Positions 16,617 to 25,807 of a stretch of DNA of 64,000 nucleotides are shown in pieces. Under the pieces are notes generated by a model. It made no database searches and had not been told where the DNA came from. It saw only the letters and a program-made list of their open reading frames with translations. Source of the stretch: a virus. The translations under genes were made by a program, and so were the position numbers. The stretch lies in IMG/VR virus record IMGVR_UViG_3300037474_000073; one strand, given 5' to 3'. The stretch's first letter is position 1, and the number at the start of each line of letters is the position of its first letter.

Positions 16617-17045
16617 TTACGTCGGCCGGACCCGCACGGTGAACTGGACGAGCAGGCGCGGAACCTCCTGGTCGGGCGCCCACGTCGGACCCTGGATGTC
16701 GTCGCTGACGAAGATCAGCGCACCGGTCACCGATGCGGGGCGACCGGCGAGTTGCGTCGAGATCTCCTCGGCGAGGGCGACGGCCGCGTTCGTCGCCGCC
16801 TCGCGGGTTCCGCCGTAGACCTGCGCCGAGAGCGTCGCCATCATGTCGGGGTTCTCGGGTGAGTCGTCCGACCGGAAGGCGGGCAGCTCTTCCAGGTACG
16901 CGTACGTGACCGGCGTCGATCCCTCGAGGTGCTTCAGGTGCGCGCCGGCCTGCAGCGGGTTGCCGGTCCCGACCAGCGTCGCGGTCCGGCTGTTGATCCA
17001 TGTCCGCACGGCGCCGAGCGAGTCGGCGTAGGTCTGCGCGGTCAT
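16617..17045 (-). CDS. tail terminator-like protein (142 aa)
   Basis: Trimmed to the ATG that overlaps the upstream stop (TGATG). Last gene before the major tail gene. Confidence 0.5.
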   Translation of the reverse strand: MTAQTYADSLGAVRTWINSRTATLVGTGNPLQAGAHLKHLEGSTPVTYAYLEELPAFRSDDSPENPDMMATLSAQVYGGTREAATNAAVALAEEISTQLAGRPASVTGALIFVSDDIQGPTWAPDQEVPRLLVQFTVRVRPT

Positions 17046-17479
17046 CAGAACGTCCGGCCGGCGAGGTCGGCAACGGCCGCCCGCAGCCACGGGTACGGCT
17101 GCGTGCCGGGGTGGTTGACCCGCTTGCCGAACACGCGCCCGTGCTTGTCGCGCAGCGGATAGTTGCCGTGCGACTCGATCACGTGCGGGCGCGAACCGAG
17201 CTCGAGGATGAGCGGGTAGTTCGTGCCGCTCGGCGTCAGCGCGTCGTCGCCGGTGCCGATGTCCCACCACGGTCCGAGCGCGTCGATGCCGGACTCGACA
17301 TGGATCTTCGATTTGGCGTAGCCGGGCTGCCGGCCGTACGAGCCGTCGGCACTGACCGGAATCCGCGCCCGCTGCCCAGCGGCGACGACCGCGGCGGCCG
17401 ACTCCATCGACGGTCCGACCATCGTCTTGAGCTCACGCTCGAACCCCGGCGCGAGCACGACGCGGACCCCGGCGGCCAT
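17045..17479 (-). CDS. head-tail joining protein, HK97 gp10-like
   Basis: Trimmed to the ATG that overlaps the upstream stop. ILELGSRPHVI ... HPGTQPYPWLRAAV matches the gp10-family ELG ... PFLRPA pattern. Confidence 0.6.
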   Translation of the reverse strand: MAAGVRVVLAPGFERELKTMVGPSMESAAAVVAAGQRARIPVSADGSYGRQPGYAKSKIHVESGIDALGPWWDIGTGDDALTPSGTNYPLILELGSRPHVIESHGNYPLRDKHGRVFGKRVNHPGTQPYPWLRAAVADLAGRTF

Positions 17480-17994
17480 CAGCCCTCGTTCGCGGCCTGC
17501 TGGTCGGACAGCGCGGTCGCGATCGTGTCGCCGGGTACGGGCGCCTGAGCCGGTTCCCACGCCTGCAGGTCGGCCTTCGTGGTGCCCTTGTCGCTCGCCC
17601 ACGCCTCATCGCCGCCGTGCCGGGTGACGTACGCGATCCACTCGCTCTTGTTCGCCGAGTCCGCCGGCCGGTCGGCGAGCGCCACGCTGTCGGGTTCCAC
17701 CGCCTCGAGATCCTCCTGACTCGCGTCGGCCGCCTCCTCGGCGGTCATGGCGCCGATGGCGACGGCGTACGCCTCCATCTGCGCGCGGTTCGCCTCGGGA
17801 CCGGGCTTGGCGAGTGCGGGCTGGACGGCGGCGAGCGTGCCGAGGTCGGTCTCGGTCCCCTCCTCGACCTCGCGCACCTGCGTGTCGTCGAGTTCCCACT
17901 TCTCGACCACTTCGTCGGCAACGGGGTCGCCAGGCTGGTAACCGGCGACCAGCGTGTCCGGTGCCCGCAGCGTGGTCAGTGCGATGTACGGCAT
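17479..17994 (-). CDS. acidic hypothetical protein (171 aa) in the connector block
   Basis: GGGAGA RBS. No domain recognised. Confidence 0.55.
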   Translation of the reverse strand: MPYIALTTLRAPDTLVAGYQPGDPVADEVVEKWELDDTQVREVEEGTETDLGTLAAVQPALAKPGPEANRAQMEAYAVAIGAMTAEEAADASQEDLEAVEPDSVALADRPADSANKSEWIAYVTRHGGDEAWASDKGTTKADLQAWEPAQAPVPGDTIATALSDQQAANEG

Positions 17995-18007
17995 GACGTC
18001 TCCCGAC

Positions 18008-18331
18008 TCAGATATTGCCCGGAATCATATATTTCACTTCGGATGCTGTGCCGTCGATGCCGACCGACACGCGACCGTTCGAGTCGCCCCACAGCGAGTT
18101 GATCCGACCGGCCTTGAACCCGCCTGTCGGGATGGAGATCTGCCGACCGGTGACCGTCAGACCGTCGGCGCTGAAGTTGTTCCCGAGCGTGATCACGTGA
18201 GTGCCCGCGCCCGTGTTCTGCCAGACCACGTACGCCCCTGCGGGAACGGTGTCGGCGGACGTGGTGCCGGTGCGGACGGTGAGGGTGGTTCCGACCGTGC
18301 TGGATGCAGCATCGGCGGCGTAGTCGGTCAT
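18008..18331 (-). CDS. hypothetical structural-region protein (107 aa)
   Basis: Trimmed to the ATG after GAAGGAGAGATC. Confidence 0.5.
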   Translation of the reverse strand: MTDYAADAASSTVGTTLTVRTGTTSADTVPAGAYVVWQNTGAGTHVITLGNNFSADGLTVTGRQISIPTGGFKAGRINSLWGDSNGRVSVGIDGTASEVKYMIPGNI

Positions 18332-18353
18332 GATCTCTCCTTCGGTGCTGCTC

Positions 18354-18794
18354 TCAGATGTCGGTGCGGTCGCCCCACCAGACCGGGTCGGGCGCCGTCC
18401 ACACGGGGTACGCCTCAACGGGGCTGGTGCCGGTCTGGTCGATGCTCACGATGAGCGCCTGGTAGTCGGTGTTGTACTGCTTCTCGAGCGCGTCGGCGAA
18501 CACCAGGTCGGCCGCGCTGCGAGGAAATGACCGGGCCAGCGCGATCGCGGTCTTGAGCGCGGTGACGGCGCTGGCGAGCGGGTACAGCGTGGTCGGCAGC
18601 GTGGCACTGATTCCCGCACCGATGACGGCGACCGACCGGTCGATGTGCGCTTGCGCCTGCGCGTCGGTGGGCGAGGTCGTCGTGGTGAACGTGCCCGCGT
18701 ACGTCTGGTTGCCGGGCGTCGCCGTGCTGGTGGTCAGCCACGGTACCCAGATAGCGACCTGCTCGAGAGTCGGAGCCCATGCGACCGTCATCAT
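18354..18794 (-). CDS. head-to-tail adaptor-like protein (146 aa)
   Basis: Trimmed to the ATG after a strong AGGAGG RBS. The assignment is by position only. Confidence 0.45.
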   Translation of the reverse strand: MMTVAWAPTLEQVAIWVPWLTTSTATPGNQTYAGTFTTTTSPTDAQAQAHIDRSVAVIGAGISATLPTTLYPLASAVTALKTAIALARSFPRSAADLVFADALEKQYNTDYQALIVSIDQTGTSPVEAYPVWTAPDPVWWGDRTDI

Positions 18795-18810
18795 GCCTCC
18801 TGGTTTTGGG

Positions 18811-18908
18811 GCCGTGCGGCGGGCGCGGCGGATGGGGGGTCGCAGTCGCGCGCACCGCCGCACGGCGGCACCACGGCGACCGGGGAGACGAAGCCAGGCG
18901 CCGTGGTG
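18811..18908. repeat. two consecutive inverted repeats in a 166-bp gap
   Basis: IR1: GCCGTGCGGCGG 18811-18822 pairs with CCGCCGCACGGC 18855-18866. IR2: CACCACGGCG 18869-18878 pairs with CGCCGTGGTG 18899-18908. Confidence 0.6.
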
Positions 18909-18960
18909 GTTGTTGGCCGGACACGCCGCGATCGCAGGTGCCCCGCTCTGGGAAGTCGCC

Positions 18961-19548
18961 TTACGGAAGGAAGTAGCACTGGAACAGCCGGTACTGATTC
19001 GACAGTTGCGCGTCTGTCTTGCTGGCCGGCAGGTCGGACGCTGCGACCTCGCCCTGCAGGCGGGGGGCGAACCCCGCCGACTGGAACCGGATCGGGATGC
19101 ACTCGAGGATCGGCATCTGTGTGCCGATGCCGAGGATGCCCGACGCGTACCGCACGCCGGCCTGCTTGGTCCACGACGCACTGAGCGCCTTCGTGTAGGG
19201 CGTGTTGGTCGCCGCCCACAGCGTGACGTCGTTGGGCGTGCTGGCGATGAGCGTGATGTCGCCGTTCGCCGCGACCGAGAAGATCCCGATCCGGGCGAGA
19301 GTCAGACCGGTCGCCGCGCTGCTCGACACGTGCGTGCGGACCTGGGTGATGACCTCGGTCTTGCGGGCGGTGAAGAACGTCAGGTGAAGCGTGCCGGACG
19401 CCGGCCGGTCCTCGTTGGTCATCGCGACCCGAGGGACCGCCTCCTCGCCGGACGCGAGCAGGCTGAACCCGGCGGCGAGCGCCGCGTTCGAGCGGTCGCC
19501 GGCGACCCGCCCGAGGCTGCCCCCGCCGCGGCTGAACCGCGCGCTCAC
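18961..19548 (-). CDS. hypothetical protein (195 aa)
   Basis: ORF in the head/connector block. Start overlaps the upstream stop. Confidence 0.55.
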   Translation of the reverse strand: MSARFSRGGGSLGRVAGDRSNAALAAGFSLLASGEEAVPRVAMTNEDRPASGTLHLTFFTARKTEVITQVRTHVSSSAATGLTLARIGIFSVAANGDITLIASTPNDVTLWAATNTPYTKALSASWTKQAGVRYASGILGIGTQMPILECIPIRFQSAGFAPRLQGEVAASDLPASKTDAQLSNQYRLFQCYFLP

Positions 19549-19841
19549 AGAATGCCCCGCAGGCTGGCGGTCGTTCCCGCCGCGCTGATGAGCTTGACGG
19601 TGATGGCGACGCTGTTGTTGCGGCTGATCTGGATCGAGGCGCCGGTCGCCGCAGTCACGACGTCGCAGTCGTTGCCGCCGGTGGTCGGGTTGGCGGGCGT
19701 CGCCGTGCCGTCATAGCTGGTGTAGATCTCGTCGGACCCGGCGCGGTTGAGTACCTCTACCGACGAGTAGTCGCCGGGCAGCGTGAAGCTCTGGACCACG
19801 CCTGCGGCGAGGGTGATGTGACGTGCGTACGAGGCGGCCAC
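19545..19841 (-). CDS. hypothetical protein (98 aa)
   Basis: ORF in the head/connector block. Confidence 0.55.
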   Translation of the reverse strand: MAASYARHITLAAGVVQSFTLPGDYSSVEVLNRAGSDEIYTSYDGTATPANPTTGGNDCDVVTAATGASIQISRNNSVAITVKLISAAGTTASLRGIL

Positions 19842-19901
19842 GGTCTGCCCTTCGATCGGGCCGGACCCGTGCGCGCTGGCGGGCGCGCACGGGTCACGGG
19901 G

Positions 19902-20345
19902 TTACGAGTTGTCCCGAGCGTTGACCGCGTCGATCACGGCCGCTTTGTTCGGCTCAGCCTCGAGCTCGAGCTGATCCATGCCGATGCTGACGCCGTACGC
20001 CTCCCACGCAGCGCGGGAGTCGTTCGGCTTGGGCTTCTCCACCGGTTCCGCCGGTGCGGCGGGGGTCTCCGGGTCACCGGTCAGTGATCCGAGGGCGGGA
20101 ATCGGTCCGGGCGGGTTGTCCGCCGAGACCGGCGGGAACGGCTCTGCCTCGACCGGCTGGATCCCGTGGTCGCGGTTGTCGCCAACCTCGACGATCATGC
20201 CCGCGCTGGCGAGGGCGTTGATCTGGAACGGCAGCACGTAGCCGGGAACCGGGTCGCCGCGCTTCACGACCTCCTCGTCGCCCGCTGACGTGCCGTCGGT
20301 GTTGGTCGGCTGGAAGGCCAGAGCGCTTGAGTAAACGACGTACAT
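19902..20345 (-). CDS. hypothetical protein (147 aa)
   Basis: Strong AAGGAGG RBS overlapping the capsid gene stop. Confidence 0.6.
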   Translation of the reverse strand: MYVVYSSALAFQPTNTDGTSAGDEEVVKRGDPVPGYVLPFQINALASAGMIVEVGDNRDHGIQPVEAEPFPPVSADNPPGPIPALGSLTGDPETPAAPAEPVEKPKPNDSRAAWEAYGVSIGMDQLELEAEPNKAAVIDAVNARDNS

Positions 20346-20357
20346 GGTCTGACCTCC

Positions 20358-21284
20358 TTAGTCGTTGAGCGTGCCCATGCCGGTGATCTTGCAACCGGCG
20401 CCGGGCTCCTGGACGAACGGGACGACCGAGCGGCGAGCGCGCACCAGCCACTCGTCGTTACCCAGCGGGTTGCGCCGGGTCAGCGACTGGATGGCGTCGG
20501 CCGCGCCCTGGTACTCGGGGCTCGGGATGTTCTCGTACCCGAGGGCGCCGAGCGCGCTGGAGTCGCAGACGATCGCGGTTCCGGCGGTCGGCAGGTTCGG
20601 GGTCGGGAGGATCCGCAGACCGGCCAGGACCGGCAGGTCGCCGGACATGGAGACGGTCGTGCCGGCCTCGCGCGCCATCGTGGCGAGCATGTTGAGGTTG
20701 CCGACGATGTACGCGAACGCGAAGTCGTCGACCGCCACGACGTCGGGGTCGTAGCCCTTGTTGAGCGCCCGGATGGTCGCCTTGGCACGGAGCAGGTCCA
20801 GCAGCGGGTTGGCGCCCGCGCCGTCCCAGACGGCCGTCGCGGGGATGGACGCCGTCACGGCGCTCGTGATTACCGCGAGGGCGGTCGAGTCGACGGTCAG
20901 CACCAGGTAGTTGACGATCTTCTGGAGGTTCCGCTCGACGGCCTGACCGCGGAAGCGGCCGACCTCCTCGTCGGTGATCGGAACTTCCTGGCCCCACTTG
21001 ACCGGGTTGGCGACGGACGCCGTACCGGTCGGGGCGAGCGAACGCGGGTACTGGGCGCCGGGAGCGACGACCTCAGGGGCGTCGGAGGTGTAGATCGACT
21101 CGTCGGTCTCGTACAGGATCGAGGAACCCTCGATCCGGCCGGAGAGCAGTACGTCGGCGATGAACCGGTTCTCACCGATCGTCCGCAGCCGCCGGGAGAC
21201 GGCCGTCGGGTTGTTGAGGAACCGGGAGATCGTAAGCGTGTCGCCAGACAGCGACGGTGCAACGGGTGGGTACGTGATAGCCAT
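20358..21284 (-). CDS. major capsid protein
   Basis: 308 aa, directly after the scaffold and decoration-like genes. Size and position are typical of HK97-fold capsid proteins. Family judged by eye only. Confidence 0.8.
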   Translation of the reverse strand: MAITYPPVAPSLSGDTLTISRFLNNPTAVSRRLRTIGENRFIADVLLSGRIEGSSILYETDESIYTSDAPEVVAPGAQYPRSLAPTGTASVANPVKWGQEVPITDEEVGRFRGQAVERNLQKIVNYLVLTVDSTALAVITSAVTASIPATAVWDGAGANPLLDLLRAKATIRALNKGYDPDVVAVDDFAFAYIVGNLNMLATMAREAGTTVSMSGDLPVLAGLRILPTPNLPTAGTAIVCDSSALGALGYENIPSPEYQGAADAIQSLTRRNPLGNDEWLVRARRSVVPFVQEPGAGCKITGMGTLND

Positions 21285-21298
21285 TGTCTATCCCCCTT

Positions 21299-21670
21299 TC
21301 AGCGGCCGACGAAGCGGCAGATGGCGGTGTCCGCGGCAGCGCGGTCGGCGACGCCGACGAGCTGACCGAAGGTACCGGCGGCGATGGGCGAGACGACCCC
21401 GGCGGCACCGGCCGCGAGGTTGTCACCGGCCGAGATGGCACCGGATGCGGTGACCTTGTGTGTGAGCCCGGCCAGCGGCCAGACGTCGACCTTGGCGCCG
21501 TTGGCCGCGTCGAACGCGGCGACGCCGAGCACCTTGACGGACGCGGCGCCGGCCGGTCCGACGGTGCCGTTACCCGTGACCTCGACGAGACGGCCGCCGG
21601 TCACGGCTGCGCTGGCCTGGAGAGTCCAGGGCGCGGTGCCGTTCGTGAAGACGGGCGTGTAATCGGCCAC
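21299..21670 (-). CDS. small Gly/Ala/Val-rich head protein, DUF2190/decoration-like
   Basis: Trimmed from track start 22120 to the GTG after GGAAAGGAGAAG. 123 aa with a beta-rich G/A/V composition, between scaffold and capsid. Confidence 0.5.
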   Translation of the reverse strand: MADYTPVFTNGTAPWTLQASAAVTGGRLVEVTGNGTVGPAGAASVKVLGVAAFDAANGAKVDVWPLAGLTHKVTASGAISAGDNLAAGAAGVVSPIAAGTFGQLVGVADRAAADTAICRFVGR

Positions 21671-21671
21671 G

Positions 21672-22655
21672 TCACTTCTCCTTTCCGTACAGGCCCTCGT
21701 AGGCCAGGTCGGCCTCGTTGAGGTCTGTGTTGTCGGCCGCGCCGAGGAACCCGACGGACTGAACGGGGATGATGTTGCGCGCGAGCAGGCTGACCTGCGT
21801 GCGGGTGCCCTCGGGATCGACGTCCCAGAGCTTCTCGTACGCGGGGAGCGACGCAGGCGGGATCCGCCCCTCGCGCACCGCGCCCGAGAGGAACGCGTCG
21901 CGCTCGTTGCGGCGGTTCTGGTTGTAGGCGAGCTCGCCCTTGGTGGCGCGCTCGATGAGAACCTGCAGGTTCGCGCGGTCCACGAGCACGGCCTGACCGG
22001 TGCCCGCGAGCGCGCTGAGCGCGGCGAGGGATTCGGCGTCGGGCGCGGTCGAAACCGGCGGGGTAGGCGTCTCGGAGAGAGCGGCGAGCGCCATCTCCTT
22101 GACCTCGTCGTCGGAGACATCGGCGGACAGCCCGAACGCCTCCCGGAACTTGGCTGCGTCGAACGCCACGTCCGTCGCCTCCTCTGGATTGTCGGAACTG
22201 CCCGTCGCCGGTTCGACGACGGGGGTCTGAGTGGGCTCGGCGACCGTGGTCGCGGCCATCTTGCGGATAGCGGCGCCGGCCGGCGTCACGTCGGGCGCGA
22301 TCACGACCGCGGTCCCGCCGGTCGTGCTCGTCGCCGGTGCGGGCTCGGTGACACCCGCCGCGGCCAGCGCCGCCTTGCGGTCGGCCCAGCGGTAGGGGAT
22401 CGCGGCGGCCGCCGCGCTCTTCACCGGCGTGTAGGTCTGCGCGACCTCCTGCGGCTCGCCGAACGTGAACTCCTCGCCCGATAGCTCCACCGGAACCGAG
22501 TAGAACTTTCCGGTCGCGTCGTCGCTGGTGATCAGTTCGAGGGGGTCGATGTGCATGGCCGTGATCCACATCGAGTAACCGGCCGACTCGTAGTACTTGC
22601 GGCTGATGTCCTCGACGCTGACGCTGGCCCGCGCAACGGCGGTCTTAGTGGGCAT
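21672..22655 (-). CDS. scaffolding protein
   Basis: 327 aa, acidic and Ala/Pro-rich in the centre. The C-terminal part resembles the Mu gpI-like scaffold pattern. Position between protease/MuF and capsid. Confidence 0.6.
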   Translation of the reverse strand: MPTKTAVARASVSVEDISRKYYESAGYSMWITAMHIDPLELITSDDATGKFYSVPVELSGEEFTFGEPQEVAQTYTPVKSAAAAAIPYRWADRKAALAAAGVTEPAPATSTTGGTAVVIAPDVTPAGAAIRKMAATTVAEPTQTPVVEPATGSSDNPEEATDVAFDAAKFREAFGLSADVSDDEVKEMALAALSETPTPPVSTAPDAESLAALSALAGTGQAVLVDRANLQVLIERATKGELAYNQNRRNERDAFLSGAVREGRIPPASLPAYEKLWDVDPEGTRTQVSLLARNIIPVQSVGFLGAADNTDLNEADLAYEGLYGKEK

Positions 22656-24036
22656 GGGAGTGGTCTCCGATCGACAGACGGACAGTGGTGCGGATGCGCC
22701 CGGTCGGCGCCGCTAGACGCTCGCCCCACACCGAGACGAGTTGGCCGCGGCAGCGCGAGCCGCCGAGACACGAGACGTATTTGCCGGACCCGTACGCGGC
22801 TTGCGCGTCGTCGCGGTTGTCGAACCGCTCACCGTCGATCGACCGGCACGGCGCACACGAGTTCTCGTCGAGGCGCTCGGAGGCGTAATACTCGGCGATC
22901 GGGGCGACCTCGATCACCGACCAGCGGCCTTTCGCCTGTGCCGCGCTGAGCGCGCCGCCGAGCTGGTCGCGCAGGAACCGGTCGCCGTAGCCGGTCAACT
23001 TCTCGCCGACGAGAGCCGCGATGGTCCTGCCGTCACCGGTCCCGATGAGCTGAGCGGCAGTCCGACCGGCAGCGGTCGCGGTGCTGGCGCCCATGACCGC
23101 GGTCACGGTCGCGGCGAGGTCGTCGAGTTCCTTCTGATCGATCTCGGGCGTCTCCACGACGACGCCCTGCCGCATGGCCTCGGCGATCTGTTCGTCACGG
23201 GCGTCGGCGGCGACCGAGCTCATCCGTGCGGCCAACACGGCCGCCGCCGTCCCCGTGGTGACGACCAGCGCGGCGAGGTCGTCGGTGCGGTCCTTGTCGA
23301 CCGCCTCGGTGATCTGCGCCGTGAGTTCGTCCCGCTGTGCCGAGCTGATGTCCGGCCATTCGGCGAGCAGCTCGTCGAGGGCGTCCGACCACGATTTCTG
23401 GATCGCCTCGAAGTCGGTGGTCGCCGCGATCTCGGCCGGCGTCGACTCGCGTACGTCGGACGCGGCGAGCCGGATCGGGATCGTGGTGCTCAGCCGCGCC
23501 GCCGACGCGGTGACCTTGTCGCCGGGCATCGGCTCGGTGAAGGTTGCGTAGACGTCCTGCATGCTCTTGAGCACGCCGACCCCCGGCGCGTAGGCGCCGA
23601 GGATCGCGACCGCGGTGATGACCGACGGGTGCAGGTGCCCGATCTGGCAGAGGAACGGCTGATAGATCTCGATGGACCGGTCGGGGTACGCCGAGGCGAG
23701 CACGCTCATGCCGTTCTCGTCGGCCTCGGTCAGCCACGCGGGCATGCCCATGTAGTCGCCGATCAGCTTGGCGCCGTCCACGTGCATGTTGCCGATCCAC
23801 CCGAGCGCCGGTTCGCCGTCCCACCGGACGCCGTTCGTCGAGTCCTCTTCCATGTGGCCCGCCTTGATGACGGGGTTACGCACGCCCGGACATTCCAGCG
23901 CAGCGACCGCCTGAGCGAGGTCATCGTCGGTCAGCGTCAGCCATCCCGTACTGGCGTGCCATTTACCGACGGCGGCCAGCTCGATCCCGCCGACCGAGCG
24001 CAACGGCACCGGACGGCGGATCTCCAGGTCGGTCAT
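22645..24036 (-). CDS. capsid maturation protease / MuF-like head morphogenesis fusion protein
   Basis: 463 aa after portal. The C-terminus ..NSCAPCRSIDGERF.. matches the SPP1 gp7/Mu F-type motif. Confidence 0.65.
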   Translation of the reverse strand: MTDLEIRRPVPLRSVGGIELAAVGKWHASTGWLTLTDDDLAQAVAALECPGVRNPVIKAGHMEEDSTNGVRWDGEPALGWIGNMHVDGAKLIGDYMGMPAWLTEADENGMSVLASAYPDRSIEIYQPFLCQIGHLHPSVITAVAILGAYAPGVGVLKSMQDVYATFTEPMPGDKVTASAARLSTTIPIRLAASDVRESTPAEIAATTDFEAIQKSWSDALDELLAEWPDISSAQRDELTAQITEAVDKDRTDDLAALVVTTGTAAAVLAARMSSVAADARDEQIAEAMRQGVVVETPEIDQKELDDLAATVTAVMGASTATAAGRTAAQLIGTGDGRTIAALVGEKLTGYGDRFLRDQLGGALSAAQAKGRWSVIEVAPIAEYYASERLDENSCAPCRSIDGERFDNRDDAQAAYGSGKYVSCLGGSRCRGQLVSVWGERLAAPTGRIRTTVRLSIGDHSHAH

Positions 24037-25331
24037 GACGCGGGAACACGCTCGTTCGCGGGCGCGGGCACCGGTGCGGGCTGCGCGGCGGTCGGGGTCG
24101 GCTCGGGCGCGACCGCTGCCGGCCGTTGCGCGATCGTCGGCAACTGGTAGCGGTTACGCAGGTCGTTCTCCAGCGTGATGTCAGGCGTCAGCGCCCCGCA
24201 GGTCACGAGGGCGGCGATCGCGTCGCTGGTGACCTCGGGACGGGTGATGTCCGTACAGATGATTCCGGGGATCGGCTCCTCGCCGCCGGACCAGTTGATG
24301 TCGACCATCTGCATCGACAGGTTGTTCGCCGGCGTGGTGATCTCACCTGCGGTCGCCCGCCACGACAGCTCGAGCATGCCGATCAGCGTCTCGCCGAGCG
24401 CCCGCGACCCGTTGGCGCTGGCGTCGAGGTTGAACACGTTCGCCATGACCGACGCCGCGATCTGCGCGTCGAGGTAGCGAATGAACCCGAGGGTGTCCGG
24501 CACCGACCCGGAGAGCCCCTTCAGGTCGAACGTGTATCCGTCGGGCAGACCGACGCCGGACTGGTCGCCGACGCGGTATCCGCTGGCGAGTTCCTGCGCG
24601 CGGGTGATGTCGGCGGGCGGTGACCCGGCGGGCGCGGTCACCTGCGGGATGCCCATGCCGAACCGGCGCGATGAGGTAGCGAGCACCCGCCAAAGCTCGT
24701 GCTTGATAAGCCACGGCGCGTACGCGGGCCGGATCATCGACTGACCCTGCCAGGCGGCACCCTCCTTCTCGCGCACGTTCCAGAGCAGCCCCGACGCGGG
24801 CACGAGATCCTTGACGCCGCTCTGATAGACGCCCTTGAGCGATCCGTCGTCGTTGGTCACGATGTTCGTGATCGTCTGCGGCAGCCGCTCTGACAGCTCG
24901 GCGAGCCGGGCACGCAGCGGGTTGCCGATGATGTCGTACCGCATGGCGAACGGCGAGTGACCGAAGATCAGCATCAGGTTCACGGCGAGCCGCAGGTACT
25001 CGTCCCACTGCACGCCGCGGCGCCGGAACGGTCCGGGTCCGTCGTTGTCGCCGACGATCGGCAGCCCCCACGCGTCGGCGACCAGCTCGACGACCTCGTC
25101 CCGGCAGCCTTTCGGGTTGACCGCCCACGTTCCCGAGCGCAGCGGCAGACTGTACGACTTGACGACCGACGAGATTTGCGGGTCGTGCCTCATCTTGGCG
25201 AAGGTCTGGATCGACGTGGGGTAGGCGAGTGCGGGCACCGACTCGTAGAGATCGAGCGCGAGCGTGCCGTACCCGTATCCGCCGTCCTGCAGAGATCCGG
25301 CGAGGGTGCGCGGTGCGTCGGACAGTGCCAC
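24033..25331 (-). CDS. portal protein
   Basis: Trimmed from track start 25478 to the GTG after AAGGGGG. 432 aa. Position between the TerL region and the protease. Confidence 0.75.
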   Translation of the reverse strand: MALSDAPRTLAGSLQDGGYGYGTLALDLYESVPALAYPTSIQTFAKMRHDPQISSVVKSYSLPLRSGTWAVNPKGCRDEVVELVADAWGLPIVGDNDGPGPFRRRGVQWDEYLRLAVNLMLIFGHSPFAMRYDIIGNPLRARLAELSERLPQTITNIVTNDDGSLKGVYQSGVKDLVPASGLLWNVREKEGAAWQGQSMIRPAYAPWLIKHELWRVLATSSRRFGMGIPQVTAPAGSPPADITRAQELASGYRVGDQSGVGLPDGYTFDLKGLSGSVPDTLGFIRYLDAQIAASVMANVFNLDASANGSRALGETLIGMLELSWRATAGEITTPANNLSMQMVDINWSGGEEPIPGIICTDITRPEVTSDAIAALVTCGALTPDITLENDLRNRYQLPTIAQRPAAVAPEPTPTAAQPAPVPAPANERVPAS

Positions 25332-25354
25332 GGTGACCCCCTTACGATGCGGAT

Positions 25355-25750
25355 ATGGAGACGAGCGGAAACGACGACTACCCGCCGATGACCGCGCCGC
25401 CGTGGGGGCGGCACGATCACGACGTGATGGCGGACCTGATGCGCGCGGTACGGGTGCTCGGCATGGCACCGGCGCCACCGTTGCCCGACGTGCGGGCCGG
25501 CAGCGATCAGGTGTTCAGGGATCTCGCCAGCGAGTCGGGGATCCAGACCAGCACCGGCGGCGCGGAAACGCTCGCCATGCTCGGCATTCCGGTGCGGGTC
25601 ACGACCGAGCTACCCGAGAACGTGGTCATCATCGGCGACCGCGTGCTGATGCGCCGACAGCGTGGCGACTGGATCACGTTTCCGCTGAGCGTGCTGGATT
25701 ACGATGGCAATGCCACTGCTGAGCACGTGCGTGCATTCCGCGCACCGTAG
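25355..25750 (+). CDS. hypothetical protein (131 aa), antisense to the late operon
   Basis: Only plus-strand ORF inside the structural block with a protein-like translation (..GAETLAMLGIPVRVTTELPENVVIIGDRVLMRRQRGDWITFPL..). Start uncertain. Confidence 0.5.
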   Translation: METSGNDDYPPMTAPPWGRHDHDVMADLMRAVRVLGMAPAPPLPDVRAGSDQVFRDLASESGIQTSTGGAETLAMLGIPVRVTTELPENVVIIGDRVLMRRQRGDWITFPLSVLDYDGNATAEHVRAFRAP

Positions 25751-25769
25751 GACCTGGTGCCCCTACGCC

Positions 25770-25794
25770 GAACCCCCCGCATCGCGGGGGGTTC
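25770..25794. terminator. bidirectional stem-loop between convergent genes
   Basis: GAACCCCCCGC-atc-GCGGGGGGTTC, an 11-bp perfect stem, followed by TT on the plus strand. Confidence 0.6.
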
Positions 25795-25807
25795 TTGGCG
25801 TCCGGTG

